Origin: Capsulimonadaceae bacterium | GTDB lineage: Bacteria; Armatimonadota; Armatimonadia; Armatimonadales; Capsulimonadaceae | DNA length: 64,000 bases | NCBI GenBank assembly: GCA_965215505.1 | Contig: OZ244065.1 | Span: 5,632,001-5,696,000, forward strand | Direction: 5' to 3' | Part shown: piece by piece, positions 40,125 to 50,440 of the stretch | Layout: each line of letters starts with the position of its first letter | Position numbering within the stretch: the first letter of the stretch is position 1 | Notes under the pieces: model-generated | The model's database searches: none | What the model was told of the DNA's origin: nothing | The model's input: the letters and a program-made list of their open reading frames with translations, nothing else | Translations under genes and position numbers: made by a program

Positions 40125-41036
40125 ATGCCCACAGTTCCCGATGCGATTCTCATCATCAACCCGACGGCGGGGCGCGGCAAGGCCGGCAAGCAGGTCCCCG
40201 AGATCCGACGCCTGCTCGGCCCGGCGGCCCGAGACTGGACCTGGCAGTACACGCAGAAAAGCGGCGACGCCACGGCCCTCGCCCGCGCGGCGGCCGAGAG
40301 CGGCGTCCGTCTGGTCATCGCGGTCGGCGGCGACGGCACGCTGCACGAGGTCGCGAACGGCGTCCTGGGGACCGAAGCGACGGTCGGGCTAATCCCCTAC
40401 GGCACCGGCAACGACTTCGCCCGCGCGCTGGGCCTCTACGGGAGCCTCGAAACGGCCTGCGCGGCGCTGACATCGGGCGTCGTCCGGCACATAGACATGG
40501 GCGTCATCGACGGGGAGGGGACCGGCGGGCCGCGCCACTTCCTGGTCCTGACCGGGACCGGCTACGATGCCCGCACCGCCCGGACCGTCAACGAGGGCAT
40601 CCGGCACCTGTCCGGCCCGCTGGCCTACGTCTGGGGGGCCATCCTGACGCTCCGCACCTTCGAGCCGTTCGCCCTGACCCTGACCCTGGACGACGACCCG
40701 CCGCGCTCGGTCGAAGCCATGTTCGTCTCGTTCGCCAACGCCGAAACGACGGGCGGCGGCATGAAGATCGCGCCCGGCGCGGTCGTGGACGACGGCTGCC
40801 TGGACGTCTGCCTGGTCGAGTCCGTCTCCAAGATGACACTGCTGTATGAACTGACACAGGTGTTCTCGGGCAAGCACGTCAACCACCCCGCCGTGACCAT
40901 GCTGCGCGCGCGGACGATCCTGGTGGATGCCGACCCGCCGCAGCCTCTGCTGATTGACGGCGAGGTCTGCGGGACGACGCCTGCGAAGATTACCCTGCTG
41001 CCCGGAGTGCTGCCCTTCATGGTGCCCGCCCCGTGA
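40125..41036 (+). CDS. Diacylglycerol/lipid kinase family (DgkB/YegS)
   Basis: [37 protein letters not shown]. Confidence 0.92.
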   Translation: MPTVPDAILIINPTAGRGKAGKQVPEIRRLLGPAARDWTWQYTQKSGDATALARAAAESGVRLVIAVGGDGTLHEVANGVLGTEATVGLIPYGTGNDFARALGLYGSLETACAALTSGVVRHIDMGVIDGEGTGGPRHFLVLTGTGYDARTARTVNEGIRHLSGPLAYVWGAILTLRTFEPFALTLTLDDDPPRSVEAMFVSFANAETTGGGMKIAPGAVVDDGCLDVCLVESVSKMTLLYELTQVFSGKHVNHPAVTMLRARTILVDADPPQPLLIDGEVCGTTPAKITLLPGVLPFMVPAP

Positions 41037-41800
41037 CCTTCGATGCCGTCATCCCCGCCGGCGGGACCATTGACGCCGCCTACGCCCAGGCCATCGGCTC
41101 TGCTTACCGGCCTCTAGCCCCGCTGGGTCCTTCGGGAACGCCGGTCTTGCAGCACGTCGTAGACACCTTGCGGGCGAACAAAAACGTCGGGCGCATCGTC
41201 TGTGTCGCACCCCAAGCCGTCGCAAACGGCATTCACAATGTAGACCTGTGGCTGCCCGAAGGCGCGAGCGGCCCGGACAATATCCGTTCCGGGCTGGCCC
41301 AGGTGCCGCCCGACCGGCCCGCCATGGTCTGCGCTTCCGACCTGCCGCTCCTGACGCCCGGCTCGGTGCATGACTTCCTCGCCGCCTGCCGGCCCGACGT
41401 GGAGGTCGCCGTCGGCCTGATCAAAGCGGCCGACTATAACGCCGCTTACCCGGACGCGCCGCCGTCCGAGTTCGTCCCATTGGCCGACATCGGGCCGGTG
41501 ACGGCGAGCGGCCTGTTCGTGGTGCGCCCGGACCTCCTGGTCCGCCACGCGGCCTTGTTCCAGGCCATGTTCCAGGGGCGCAAGGAGCAGTGGCGCATGG
41601 CGGGCCTGCTCGGGCCGCGCCTGCTCTGGCAGTTCGCCACCCGCACCCTGCGCCTGCCGGACATCGTCGCCCGCGCCGAGGTCATCCTCGGCGGCCCCGT
41701 CCAAGTCGTCGAAGGAGTCGCGCCCGCCCTGGCCTACGACATTGACAACCAAGATGATTACACCTACGCCCGATCGCGCCACGCAGGACCTCATGGATAG
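41033..41800 (+). CDS. MobA-like NTP transferase family protein
   Basis: FDAVIPAGG, LQHVVDTL, ASDLPLL, AYDIDN. Confidence 0.75.
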   Translation: MTFDAVIPAGGTIDAAYAQAIGSAYRPLAPLGPSGTPVLQHVVDTLRANKNVGRIVCVAPQAVANGIHNVDLWLPEGASGPDNIRSGLAQVPPDRPAMVCASDLPLLTPGSVHDFLAACRPDVEVAVGLIKAADYNAAYPDAPPSEFVPLADIGPVTASGLFVVRPDLLVRHAALFQAMFQGRKEQWRMAGLLGPRLLWQFATRTLRLPDIVARAEVILGGPVQVVEGVAPALAYDIDNQDDYTYARSRHAGPHG

Positions 41801-42716
41801 CCCCGTACCGGCCCGCCCGCGCCACTTCCTCAGCGAACGCTCCATGCTGACCCGCATCGTCGTGGGGGTGCTGCTGGCCGCGCTCTACATCTACCTTGTC
41901 TTCGCCGCGAACGGCCTGCCCTTCGCCCTCTTCATCGCGACCCTGTCCGTCATCGGGGTCAAAGAGTTCTACAACGCCGTCCGCAAGCAGGGCGGTGAGC
42001 CGACCGAGGCGCTGGGCCTGATCGCCTGCATCGGGTTCCAGCTCGCCGCCTGGACCCACTACGGCCAGAAGTTCGCCCCCTACCTGCCCGCCCTGCTGCT
42101 CGTGCTGGTCCTCTCCACACTGCTCGCCGAGCTGGGGAAGCGCCGCCCCAAGCCCATCGTCACCATCGGCACCACGTTCACCGGGGCCGTCTACGCCGGC
42201 TGGCTGCTCTCCCACCTGACCCTCCTCCACGGGATGCAGCCCGGCATGATCCGCGTCAGCGGCGCGAACATGCCGCTCCTCGTCCCGCCCTTCCAAAACA
42301 CGACGCCCGGCGAATGGCTGGTCATCTTCGTCTCCGCCTGCACCTTCATGAGCGACACCGGCGCCCTGTTCGTCGGCAAGGCCCTCGGGCGGCACAAGCT
42401 GGCCCCCGCCATCAGCCCCGGCAAGACCTGGGAAGGCTCCCTCGGCGGCGTCCTGACCTCCCTCGTCACCGGCGCGGCCCTGGGCCTGTGGCTGCACCTG
42501 CCGCTCGTCCACGCGCTGGGGCTTGCCGCCATGTGCGCCGTCTTCGGCCAGATCGGCGACCTGTGCGAGTCCGCCCTGAAGCGCGACCTGGGCGTCAAGG
42601 ACTTCGGCACCGTCCTCCCCGGCCACGGCGGCATTTTGGACCGCATCGACAGCCTCCTCTTCTCCGCCCCGCTGGCCTACTATTACGTCCTCTACTTCCT
42701 GATGCGCGCGCATTAG
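41793..42716 (+). CDS. cdsA: Phosphatidate cytidylyltransferase
   Basis: SDTGALFVG, ISPGKTWEG, GDLCESALKR..GVKD, PGHGGILDRIDS. Confidence 0.95.
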   Translation: MDSPVPARPRHFLSERSMLTRIVVGVLLAALYIYLVFAANGLPFALFIATLSVIGVKEFYNAVRKQGGEPTEALGLIACIGFQLAAWTHYGQKFAPYLPALLLVLVLSTLLAELGKRRPKPIVTIGTTFTGAVYAGWLLSHLTLLHGMQPGMIRVSGANMPLLVPPFQNTTPGEWLVIFVSACTFMSDTGALFVGKALGRHKLAPAISPGKTWEGSLGGVLTSLVTGAALGLWLHLPLVHALGLAAMCAVFGQIGDLCESALKRDLGVKDFGTVLPGHGGILDRIDSLLFSAPLAYYYVLYFLMRAH

Positions 42717-42744
42717 GAACACACCCGCGCAGGTAATCCATAGC

Positions 42745-45700
42745 ATGAACATCACACGGCGCGGCTTCTTGGTACGAGTCGCGGGCCTCATCACGGCGCG
42801 CGAAGTCCTCTCGCCTGGCGGTGTGGAGGCGGCCCTGTCTTCCCCCACTCCCGTCACCGTCCTGCCCCCCGTGGCCCTGCGCGCCTATGGGACGCTGTCC
42901 GCCGTCTTCCGGCACGTCGGAAATGGCTCCCTGACCCACATCACCTGCGACTCCGCCGCAAAGGCGCTGCTGACGCAGGCCAAGTACCTTTCCGATCTGG
43001 GGTGCATTCCGGGGATGAAAGAGGCGGCGCTGAGGCTCCACGGCCATGAGATTCCCGCGCACCGCGCGGCCCTAGGAGGCATCATCGCCTGCTGCGCGAG
43101 TGGCCGGGACGTGGTGATCGTCGCCGCCGCTTCGGAGGCGCGGGCGGCGGCCCTGCTCGGCGCGGCGCTGACGGGCGGCGTTCACCCGCCGGACTTCCGC
43201 CCGCGCGTCAAGGTGCCGATGTACCTGGACAGGTGGGACAAACACGGACTGCTCATTTATTACGGCCTGTATGACCTGCCGGGGGGCTACAAAGGGGCCG
43301 CGCAGGCTTACGACTACAGCCAGGACCTGGAGTTCATGCGGGACAACGACACGGGGCCTGTCCTCTGGACGAACGGCCTGGACGTTGACTCCGCCGAAGG
43401 GCTGACGACCGAGGTGAACTGGGCCTGGCTCCAGGAGAACGCCCGGCGCATGAACATCCCCGTCCACATCAACACGTCGTACCGCTACCCTGTCCTCTGG
43501 CTGTCGAACCGCTACCGGGAGCAGACACAGCTCAAAGCGCCGCAGTTCCTCGGCGGCTATTACGGCGTCGCCAATGACACTCTGGGACAGGGCGCGGTCT
43601 CCTGGGCCGCCGAAGAGGCTTATGACGCCTACATGGGGCTATACCAGCACACGGTCAAACGCTTCAGCCCGGATGCCAACATCGTCGGCTGGCTGGAACC
43701 GCACGGCGAGACGGCCGAGAATCCCCAGGCCGTTATGCTGGAGTATGGCCCGGTTGCCGACAAGTCATACCGGCGCTTTTTGCAGGACCGCTGGGGATCC
43801 CTGGTGGCGGTCTCCAAGCGTTGGCATGGCGACGCCGATCACTTCAAGACCTGGAACGAGGTCCGTCTGCCCGAGGTCGCCGAGTTCTGCGGCTTCGGCC
43901 CGAACGCCATTGACCTGCGCGGCGCGTGGCGCATCAAGTACGCGCCGCCGACGCCCGCGCCTGTGCCGCCCGCCTGGTACACACCGGGCTTTGACGACGG
44001 CGGCTGGGACGAGTTCGTTGCGCCCGGCAATGACCGGGTGCGCCTGATCCCCCGCACCCCGCTGGTCTACCGCCGCCGCATCGACATCCCCGCCGACTGG
44101 CGGAAGGGCAAGCCCGTTCTCCTGTATGTCTGGAACATGGCTGGTGCCGCCCCGCAGGCTTATGTCAACGGGCAACAAATCCACCCGCAGCGCCGCAATA
44201 GTTTCTTTGCCAATTGGAGCTTCTTCGATGTCAGCGATGCGTTGGAGCCGGGCACGAATCAGGTCACGCTGTACGTTCCCGAGGCGCTGCTGTGCTACCG
44301 CGTCTATCTGACGACCGAGCCGCACGGCGACTACCCCCATTTTGGCGTCCAGAAGAACGCCCGCTGGGCGGACTTCGCCGACTGGATCGGCTGGTCGCGC
44401 GGCAATCAAGTCCGGCGCGGGGCCGAGATGATCCGTCAGGTTGACCCCGACCGCTCCATCAACTTCATGGCCCCGGACCCCGCCGGCCCCATCGCCGAGG
44501 TCTGCCGGGAATACGGCGGCCGGTTCCACGACACCGGCGCGATGGCCGGTTTCTGGACCGACGAACCCTCCCTAATGATGGCGGGGAAGGGCCTGCCGGC
44601 CAGCGCCGAGCCGGGCAACGGGGCCGCCAATGCCCGCGACTTCCAGCTCTTCTGGGGCCGCTGGCTGACGGAGGGCCTGGCCGGCATCCACTACTTCCAG
44701 ACCCTCTACGAGATAAAGGACAGGCCGGACGTGCTGGCGGTCTTCAAGGCCAACCGCGCCCTGTACGGGATGATCGGCAAGTACCACGTCCCGTTCACTC
44801 GGCTCGGCATCCTGTTCAGCAGCCGCGTCGGCCAGCTCACCGGCTTCCCCTGGGACCCCGGCGTCAGCGGCTTCCAGGAGACGGGGTACTACCGCATCGG
44901 CTTCCCCGCCGCGCTGGCGCAGACGTGCCCGCGCGGCGGTGTCACCGAGGAAGATTTCCGCTCGCCGGTCGTCAGCGCCTACAAGATGATCGTTGACTGC
45001 AACACCCCGTTCTTTGACGACCGACTGACGGACAATATCGAGCGCTGGGTGCGGGCGGGCGGCGTCTTCATGACCTACGCGCAGACCGGGCGGCACACGG
45101 AAACGGAGCCGGACTCGTGGCCGATCAGCCGCCTCTCCGGCTACCGACAGCTCGACTTCGACGTCTACCCGCGCGGGTTCGTCGCCTCCGCCGCGAAGGG
45201 CCAGACCATCCTGACTGGCGACGAGTGGACGACCCCGTGGCGCGCGGGCGGGACTGCGCTCAAGAAGGAGGCCGCTGACTGTGTCGACCTGCTCGTCTAC
45301 AACGACGGCTCGACCGCCGTCGGGATGCGCCCGCTCGGGAAGGGCTGGGTCATCCACACCGGCCTGCAAAACGACGCCCCGCGCATCGCCAGCCTCATCA
45401 CCGCCCTCGCCAAGCACTTCGGTGCGGCGGAGCCTGTCCCCGTGACGGCCTCCCCCTGGCCGAACGGCCTCCACCTGCGCCACTATGTCAGCAACACCGG
45501 CCTCTACGACGTCTTTGTGCTGTTCAACGAAGGCGCTCCGCCGATGAAGGTTGACCTGGTTTTCCTGCCGGGCTTCCACCCGCCCGCCCTGACTGATCTG
45601 CTCACGCAGGAGGCATTGCCGATCACGCGGCATCCGGCAGGCGACACTATTGAGGGCGTGACGCTCGACTCGTGCCAGACGCGGATGTTCCTCGCCCCGC

Positions 45701-46629
45701 GCGCCGACATCACCGCCTCGCCGCTGGAATGGCTGACCCTCCAGCGCGGCTGGTGGCAGGGCACGAAGAAGCCGCCCACAAAGCCCCTGCCGACGACCAA
45801 AGAACTCCAGCGGCACCTGCTGGACCTCAGCGACGACTGGGCCTGGAAGCGCGTGGACGGCCTGACCGACGACGAGGCGCTTGCCCTCGCACAGCCCGAA
45901 CACGACGACAGTTCGTGGGAGCGACGTAACCTCGACGCCTGGCTCTATCCGGGCGACCTGAACCCAAAGCGGATCGTGATGCGTAAGCGCGTCACCGTCC
46001 CGGCCCACTGGAACAACGGGCGCATCTTCCTCACCGTCAACTTCGCACACGGCGAGTACCAGGACAACGCGCGCACCATCATTCAGGGGAAGGTCTTCGC
46101 CAACCGTTCTTACCAGAATGGCCCGATGACGGAGGAGTTCCCCGACGTGTTCATCCCCGGCACGACCTTCGTCCTCGCCGCCGACATCCGCTCCAACAAC
46201 TCCCTCATCGGGTGGCGCGAGCCGATCTGGATGCACTACCTCCCCGAGCCTCCCGCCCGTCAGGACCTCGCCGGGACCTGGGCAGTCCACTCGGACGCCA
46301 TCCACGCCGCCGGCACCCTGACGCTCCCCGGCCCCACCACCCACGCCGCCTTCCTCAGCCGCACGGTCGTCATTGACGCCGCCCACCGAAATAGCAACGT
46401 CGTGGTCTTCGTGGAGCAGGTGGATGTCGGCATGACCGCCATCCTGATTAACGGCCGCCAGATAGACATCATGCCCACCCCCGGCAAAGCCTTCGCCGTC
46501 GTCAACATCACGCCCATGGTGGCCTTCGGCGGCGAGAACACCGTCGAGCTTCGCTGCGGGGCAAACCCGCAGCCCACCTCCATCAAAGCCGTCGAGCTGC
46601 GTTTCTACGAGAAAGGCGTCTTCCCGTGA
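42745..46629 (+). CDS. Large Tat-exported multidomain glycoside-hydrolase-like protein (GH42-like core plus GH2_N-like beta-sandwiches)
   Basis: TRRGFL Tat motif; GWLEPHGE and SAEPG candidate catalytic Glu; RRFLQDRWGSL; WVRAGG; repeated DLxGxW...DDxxW modules. Confidence 0.7.
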   Translation: MNITRRGFLVRVAGLITAREVLSPGGVEAALSSPTPVTVLPPVALRAYGTLSAVFRHVGNGSLTHITCDSAAKALLTQAKYLSDLGCIPGMKEAALRLHGHEIPAHRAALGGIIACCASGRDVVIVAAASEARAAALLGAALTGGVHPPDFRPRVKVPMYLDRWDKHGLLIYYGLYDLPGGYKGAAQAYDYSQDLEFMRDNDTGPVLWTNGLDVDSAEGLTTEVNWAWLQENARRMNIPVHINTSYRYPVLWLSNRYREQTQLKAPQFLGGYYGVANDTLGQGAVSWAAEEAYDAYMGLYQHTVKRFSPDANIVGWLEPHGETAENPQAVMLEYGPVADKSYRRFLQDRWGSLVAVSKRWHGDADHFKTWNEVRLPEVAEFCGFGPNAIDLRGAWRIKYAPPTPAPVPPAWYTPGFDDGGWDEFVAPGNDRVRLIPRTPLVYRRRIDIPADWRKGKPVLLYVWNMAGAAPQAYVNGQQIHPQRRNSFFANWSFFDVSDALEPGTNQVTLYVPEALLCYRVYLTTEPHGDYPHFGVQKNARWADFADWIGWSRGNQVRRGAEMIRQVDPDRSINFMAPDPAGPIAEVCREYGGRFHDTGAMAGFWTDEPSLMMAGKGLPASAEPGNGAANARDFQLFWGRWLTEGLAGIHYFQTLYEIKDRPDVLAVFKANRALYGMIGKYHVPFTRLGILFSSRVGQLTGFPWDPGVSGFQETGYYRIGFPAALAQTCPRGGVTEEDFRSPVVSAYKMIVDCNTPFFDDRLTDNIERWVRAGGVFMTYAQTGRHTETEPDSWPISRLSGYRQLDFDVYPRGFVASAAKGQTILTGDEWTTPWRAGGTALKKEAADCVDLLVYNDGSTAVGMRPLGKGWVIHTGLQNDAPRIASLITALAKHFGAAEPVPVTASPWPNGLHLRHYVSNTGLYDVFVLFNEGAPPMKVDLVFLPGFHPPALTDLLTQEALPITRHPAGDTIEGVTLDSCQTRMFLAPRADITASPLEWLTLQRGWWQGTKKPPTKPLPTTKELQRHLLDLSDDWAWKRVDGLTDDEALALAQPEHDDSSWERRNLDAWLYPGDLNPKRIVMRKRVTVPAHWNNGRIFLTVNFAHGEYQDNARTIIQGKVFANRSYQNGPMTEEFPDVFIPGTTFVLAADIRSNNSLIGWREPIWMHYLPEPPARQDLAGTWAVHSDAIHAAGTLTLPGPTTHAAFLSRTVVIDAAHRNSNVVVFVEQVDVGMTAILINGRQIDIMPTPGKAFAVVNITPMVAFGGENTVELRCGANPQPTSIKAVELRFYEKGVFP

Positions 46630-46668
46630 GGCAGTTTGGTGTATACTATCGCAAGGAGGAAGACCCCC

Positions 46669-46887
46669 ATGATCCGCACCGTCGAAGCCATCATTGATGA
46701 ACAAGGAACCGTGCTTCTCCAGGAAGCCATTGCCCTCACCGGCCCGCACCGCGCCCTTGTCACCATACTTGAGGAAGAACCGCATCCGAACGCGACCGCA
46801 CTACTGAGTGAGGCGGCCCTGGCCGAAGACTGGAACAGACCCGAGGAGGATACCGCATGGTCCCATCTTCAGCCGGCGCGGTCGTGA
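46669..46887 (+). CDS. Antitoxin of a PemK/MazF module
   Basis: TVEAIIDEQG...TALLSEAALAEDWNRPEEDTAWSHL; AAGGAGG RBS; overlaps the toxin gene. Confidence 0.8.
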   Translation: MIRTVEAIIDEQGTVLLQEAIALTGPHRALVTILEEEPHPNATALLSEAALAEDWNRPEEDTAWSHLQPARS

Positions 46888-47195
46888 TGGTGCCGTTCCC
46901 CTTCTCCGACCTGTCGCAGACCAAACTGCGGCCCACCGTCGTTCTGGCGGCAGCAGGGCGCGGGGATTGGGTGCTGTGCCAGATCACGAGTAATCCTTAC
47001 GCCGACCCACGCGCTGTGCTGCTGGAGAGCCGCGATTTCGCGGCGGGTTCGCTCCGCCTCACAAGCCACGCCCGCCCTGGGAAGCTGTTCACGGCGAACG
47101 CCAGTCTCATCGCCTCCGAGATCGGCACGTTGACATCTCCCGCATTCGAGCGCGTACTTGAAGCCGTCGTCGCCCTGCTGAAGCCTGACAGCTAG
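46857..47195 (+). CDS. PemK/MazF family toxin
   Basis: GAVVMVPFPFSD...KLRPTVVL...CQITS...SHARPGKLFT. Confidence 0.88.
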   Translation: MVPSSAGAVVMVPFPFSDLSQTKLRPTVVLAAAGRGDWVLCQITSNPYADPRAVLLESRDFAAGSLRLTSHARPGKLFTANASLIASEIGTLTSPAFERVLEAVVALLKPDS

Positions 47196-47367
47196 AGCCT
47201 GTTATGAACTTCGCACTGGCAGAAAGTCCTAGCGTCCGCTAACGGTTGTCATTCCGCCTGCTGGCGTGATGGATAGTGGGTCTGCCCGGCATTCATTAGA
47301 ACCCGCCCTGATCAGGGGGCGTATAGAAAAGGCCAATCAGGGGCCGAAAGTGCATAACAGGCTCTAG
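47192..47367. mobile_element. MITE (176 bp including the CTAG ends), IS5-like termini
   Basis: Left CTAGAGCCTGTTATGAACTT vs right (revcomp) CTAGAGCCTGTTATGCACTT, 19/20 match; no ORF; sits at the toxin TAG stop. Confidence 0.85.
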
Positions 47368-47456
47368 GTGAGGCGCTCCGCACCCTAGTCAGAGCCAGCC
47401 GGAGGAGCATTAAGTCTGGGCAGCGTGGAGCATTCCAATAGCATCCACACCAAACG

Positions 47457-47488
47457 AAAAGCGGCCCCGTCCAGTGGACGGGGCCGCT
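47457..47488 (-). terminator. Intrinsic terminator of the GH27 gene
   Basis: AAAA-GCGGCCCCGTCC-AGT-GGACGGGGCCGC. Confidence 0.8.
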
Positions 47489-47500
47489 CCTCTGTCAGTC

Positions 47501-49513
47501 CTAATCCGTGACGCTGGGCTGCCCCACCTTGACCAGCACCGTGCCGTGGGCGGGGACGGAGACGGTGTAGCCATTCGCGAACCGGCCCATGTCCTTGCGC
47601 TGCCACAGGTCGCGGACGGGCTGGGAGCCGGAGAGGCCGAGCTGGGACCAGGGAACGGTGATGTCCAGGCGGTCCGAGCCGAGGTTGACCAGGCCGACGG
47701 CCTGCGTGCCGTCGAAGAGGGGACGCGCCCAGATCTGGGCGTCGCCCGTCTCGGAGATGCGCCCGGCGGGGCGGCCCAGGGGGTCCTGGTTCACGTCCAG
47801 CACGTCGTCGTTGGTCAGGAGGGCCTTGGTGAAGGCGTCCAGCTTGGTCAGGTCGCAGCCGATCAGCAGGGGGGACGACAGCAGGCTCCACATCGAGATG
47901 TGCGTGATCTGCTCGTTCGGCTTCAGGTGCGTCGGGTGCGTGTTGCCGAAGCCGACGACGCCCACCATCAGCATGTCCGGGTCATTCCAGTAGCCGGGCC
48001 CGACATACTCCTGGTGGCCGTTCTGGCTGGTGAAGATGCCGCGCACGCTGTTCCAGTTGTCCTGGATGTCGCCCGTCGTCCGCCAGGCGTTGCCGCCGAT
48101 GGTCGCGCCCCACTTCCAGACGTCGGCCATGCCGTACTGGCAGAGGCTGAACAGAATGTCCCGGTCGGTCTTCTTGAGCGCCGCGCCCATCAGCCGGTAG
48201 GGCTTGACCTGCTTCTCCAGGCCGTCCCCGGTCGCCACGTCGCCGTAGGAACACCAGTCGTACTTCAGGTAGTCCACGCCCCAGCCCGCGTAGGTGTCCG
48301 CGTCCTGCTGCTCGTGCTGGTAGCTGCCCGTGTAGCCGCCGCAGGTCTTGGGGCCGGGAGACGAGTAGATGCCCATCTTCAGGCCCTTGCCGTGAACGTA
48401 ATTCGCCAGCGCCTTCATGTCCGGGAACTTGTCGTTGGTCAGGATGGCACCGCTTGCGTCCCGGCCCGCCTCCCAGGTGTCGTCAATGTTGACGTACTGG
48501 AAGCCGTGCGCGGCCAGGCCCGCAGAGATGAGCTGGTCGGCGGCGTCCCGGACCTTCCCGGCGTCCACGCGGCCCGCCCAGACGTTCCAGGAGTTCCAGC
48601 CCATCGGCGGCGTCAGGGCCAGCGCGCGGCTGCCGCCGACGATGGTGAGCGACCGGCTGGACGACCCGCGCGGCCCGCGCACGGTCAGCCTGACCTTGGT
48701 CGAGCTGACGCCCGGCAGGACGCCCGAAATGATCCCCGTATTCTTGTCCAGGGTCAGCCCGGCGGGCAGGTTCGCGGCCTCAAACGTCAGCGGCCCCTCG
48801 CCCGTCGCGGGGATCATGAACTCGAACGGCTTGCCCGGCGTCGCGCCGGTGATGCGCGGGCCGTGGATGGCCGGGACGGGCGAGTCGGCCCCCATGAAGA
48901 TGGGCATGGGCGGTTCATTGGCCGTGACATCGGCCATGGTGACGGGCCGGGCCGCCGCGCCGGGAACGAGGGTCAGCAGCGCGCCCGCCCAGTCGGCGTG
49001 GTCGTAGGTGTTGCCGTCGCCGCCGTCCTCGACGACCAGTGTCATCCGCTTCGCGCCGGTCAGGTCAACGGAGACGGGCACGGGCGCATCGCCGCCATGA
49101 AGGATAGCGGTTTCGGCCTTCTTTTTGCCGTCCACGAAGACCTGGAACTGGACCGAGCCGCGCCCCTGTGCTTTCTCCTCATCGTCTACCCCCGCCAGCG
49201 CATCAAAGTGGGTGGCACTGCCTTTGAGATCAATTAGAAGGCGACTGACGGAGTGGGTGCCCAGCCCGTGCGGGTAGGCGATGCCGTTCACTGTCATCGG
49301 GCGACTGTCTACGGATTTGCCTGCATGGGCCGTGCCGTAATCCTGGGTGACGTTGGCGAGGTCGAGGGTGTCGAGCCAGAGGGCGTTCGCGGGTGCGTCC
49401 TGGGCGCGCAGGGCCGCCATGTCCTGCGCGTGGGCGGCTACGGGATAGATGAAGGCCGTTGCGGCCAGCGCCGTCCAAGCGGCGCGTTTCCAGAGGGGGA
49501 GTGTGTTTCTCAT
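47501..49513 (-). CDS. Secreted GH27 alpha-galactosidase with NPCBM and Ig-like domains
   Basis: Signal peptide; GLGTHS...DHADW (NPCBM); LPAGLTLD..TGIISG (Ig); TPPMGWNSWN, NIDDTW, YLKYDWC, WRTTGDI, WNDPDML. Confidence 0.93.
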   Translation of the reverse strand: MRNTLPLWKRAAWTALAATAFIYPVAAHAQDMAALRAQDAPANALWLDTLDLANVTQDYGTAHAGKSVDSRPMTVNGIAYPHGLGTHSVSRLLIDLKGSATHFDALAGVDDEEKAQGRGSVQFQVFVDGKKKAETAILHGGDAPVPVSVDLTGAKRMTLVVEDGGDGNTYDHADWAGALLTLVPGAAARPVTMADVTANEPPMPIFMGADSPVPAIHGPRITGATPGKPFEFMIPATGEGPLTFEAANLPAGLTLDKNTGIISGVLPGVSSTKVRLTVRGPRGSSSRSLTIVGGSRALALTPPMGWNSWNVWAGRVDAGKVRDAADQLISAGLAAHGFQYVNIDDTWEAGRDASGAILTNDKFPDMKALANYVHGKGLKMGIYSSPGPKTCGGYTGSYQHEQQDADTYAGWGVDYLKYDWCSYGDVATGDGLEKQVKPYRLMGAALKKTDRDILFSLCQYGMADVWKWGATIGGNAWRTTGDIQDNWNSVRGIFTSQNGHQEYVGPGYWNDPDMLMVGVVGFGNTHPTHLKPNEQITHISMWSLLSSPLLIGCDLTKLDAFTKALLTNDDVLDVNQDPLGRPAGRISETGDAQIWARPLFDGTQAVGLVNLGSDRLDITVPWSQLGLSGSQPVRDLWQRKDMGRFANGYTVSVPAHGTVLVKVGQPSVTD

Positions 49514-49563
49514 AGTTGCCGTATAAATACGCCATGGGGCCGGCGTTTTCCTGCCTGATCCGC

Positions 49564-49688
49564 GTAGGGTCGCCGCTTGCCGTGCCCTCTTTTCCGGTCG
49601 GCGTTCCGGGAGAGGGCGCGGCAAGACCAGGAGGGCGCGGCAAGCGGCGACCCTACACGACAGCAAGGGCGAACACAAGGTTCGCCCC
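49564..49688. repeat. REP cluster (REPIN-like inverted doublet plus one extra REP)
   Basis: GTAGGGTCGCCGCTTGCCGTGCCCT (49564-49588) inverted at 49632-49656; partial copy 49613-49625; AGGGCGAACACAAGGTTCGCCCC (49666-49688). Confidence 0.8.
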
Positions 49689-49714
49689 CAAGACAGTCAA
49701 TGAGGCGGGTGAGC

Positions 49715-50434
49715 CTAGATGGACTCGCCGATGTGTATCCCGCACTCGCGCTTCAGCCCGAAGAACCGCGTCTCCTCCTCGGTCATGTCCGCGCCCATGG
49801 GCCGCGAAGTCTGGACATCGCCGATGGAGACATAGCCCTCATACCAGAGCGGGTGATACGGCAGCTCGTGGCGCGTGAGGTACTGGTGAACGTCCTTGTT
49901 GGACCAGTCGTAGATCGGGTGGACCTTGACGCGCCCGTCCTGCGCGGCCAGCGTTTGCAGGCCCGCCCGCGTGGACGACTGCGACCGGCGCAGGCCCGTG
50001 ATCCAGGCGGCAGCTTCAAGTTCATGCAGGGCGCGGCCCATCGGCTCCACCTTGTTGACCGCGTTGAAGCGCGTGATGCCATCCACCCCCTGCTCCCACA
50101 GCCTGCCCCAGCGCGCCTCCTGCCACTCCCGGCTGATCGGCGACGAGTAGACCTTCAGGTTCAGCCCCAGGCGGCCAGTCAGCTCGTCCACAAAGCGGTA
50201 CGTCTCCGGAAACAAGTATTGGGTGTCCAGCAGGACGACGGGGATCTCCGGCCACTGCCGCGTGACCATGTGCAGCAGGACGGCGGCCTGCGCGCCGAAG
50301 CTGGACGTCAGCAGGATGTCCGGCTTCCACCGGCCCAGGGCGTAGGCGACCCGCTCCTCTGCGGTCGCCGTCGCCAGCGTTCCATTGGCCGCTTCCAGTT
50401 CTTGGGCTTCCAAGTCTCCAGTCAAGACGTTCAT
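49715..50434 (-). CDS. cysH: Phosphoadenylyl-sulfate reductase
   Basis: [53 protein letters not shown]. Confidence 0.95.
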   Translation of the reverse strand: MNVLTGDLEAQELEAANGTLATATAEERVAYALGRWKPDILLTSSFGAQAAVLLHMVTRQWPEIPVVLLDTQYLFPETYRFVDELTGRLGLNLKVYSSPISREWQEARWGRLWEQGVDGITRFNAVNKVEPMGRALHELEAAAWITGLRRSQSSTRAGLQTLAAQDGRVKVHPIYDWSNKDVHQYLTRHELPYHPLWYEGYVSIGDVQTSRPMGADMTEEETRFFGLKRECGIHIGESI

Positions 50435-50440
50435 ACACTC

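Noticed and set aside
47410-47450. Minus-strand VDAIGMLHAAQT*, resembling a ParE C-terminal remnant
   Set aside because: Too short to distinguish from chance.
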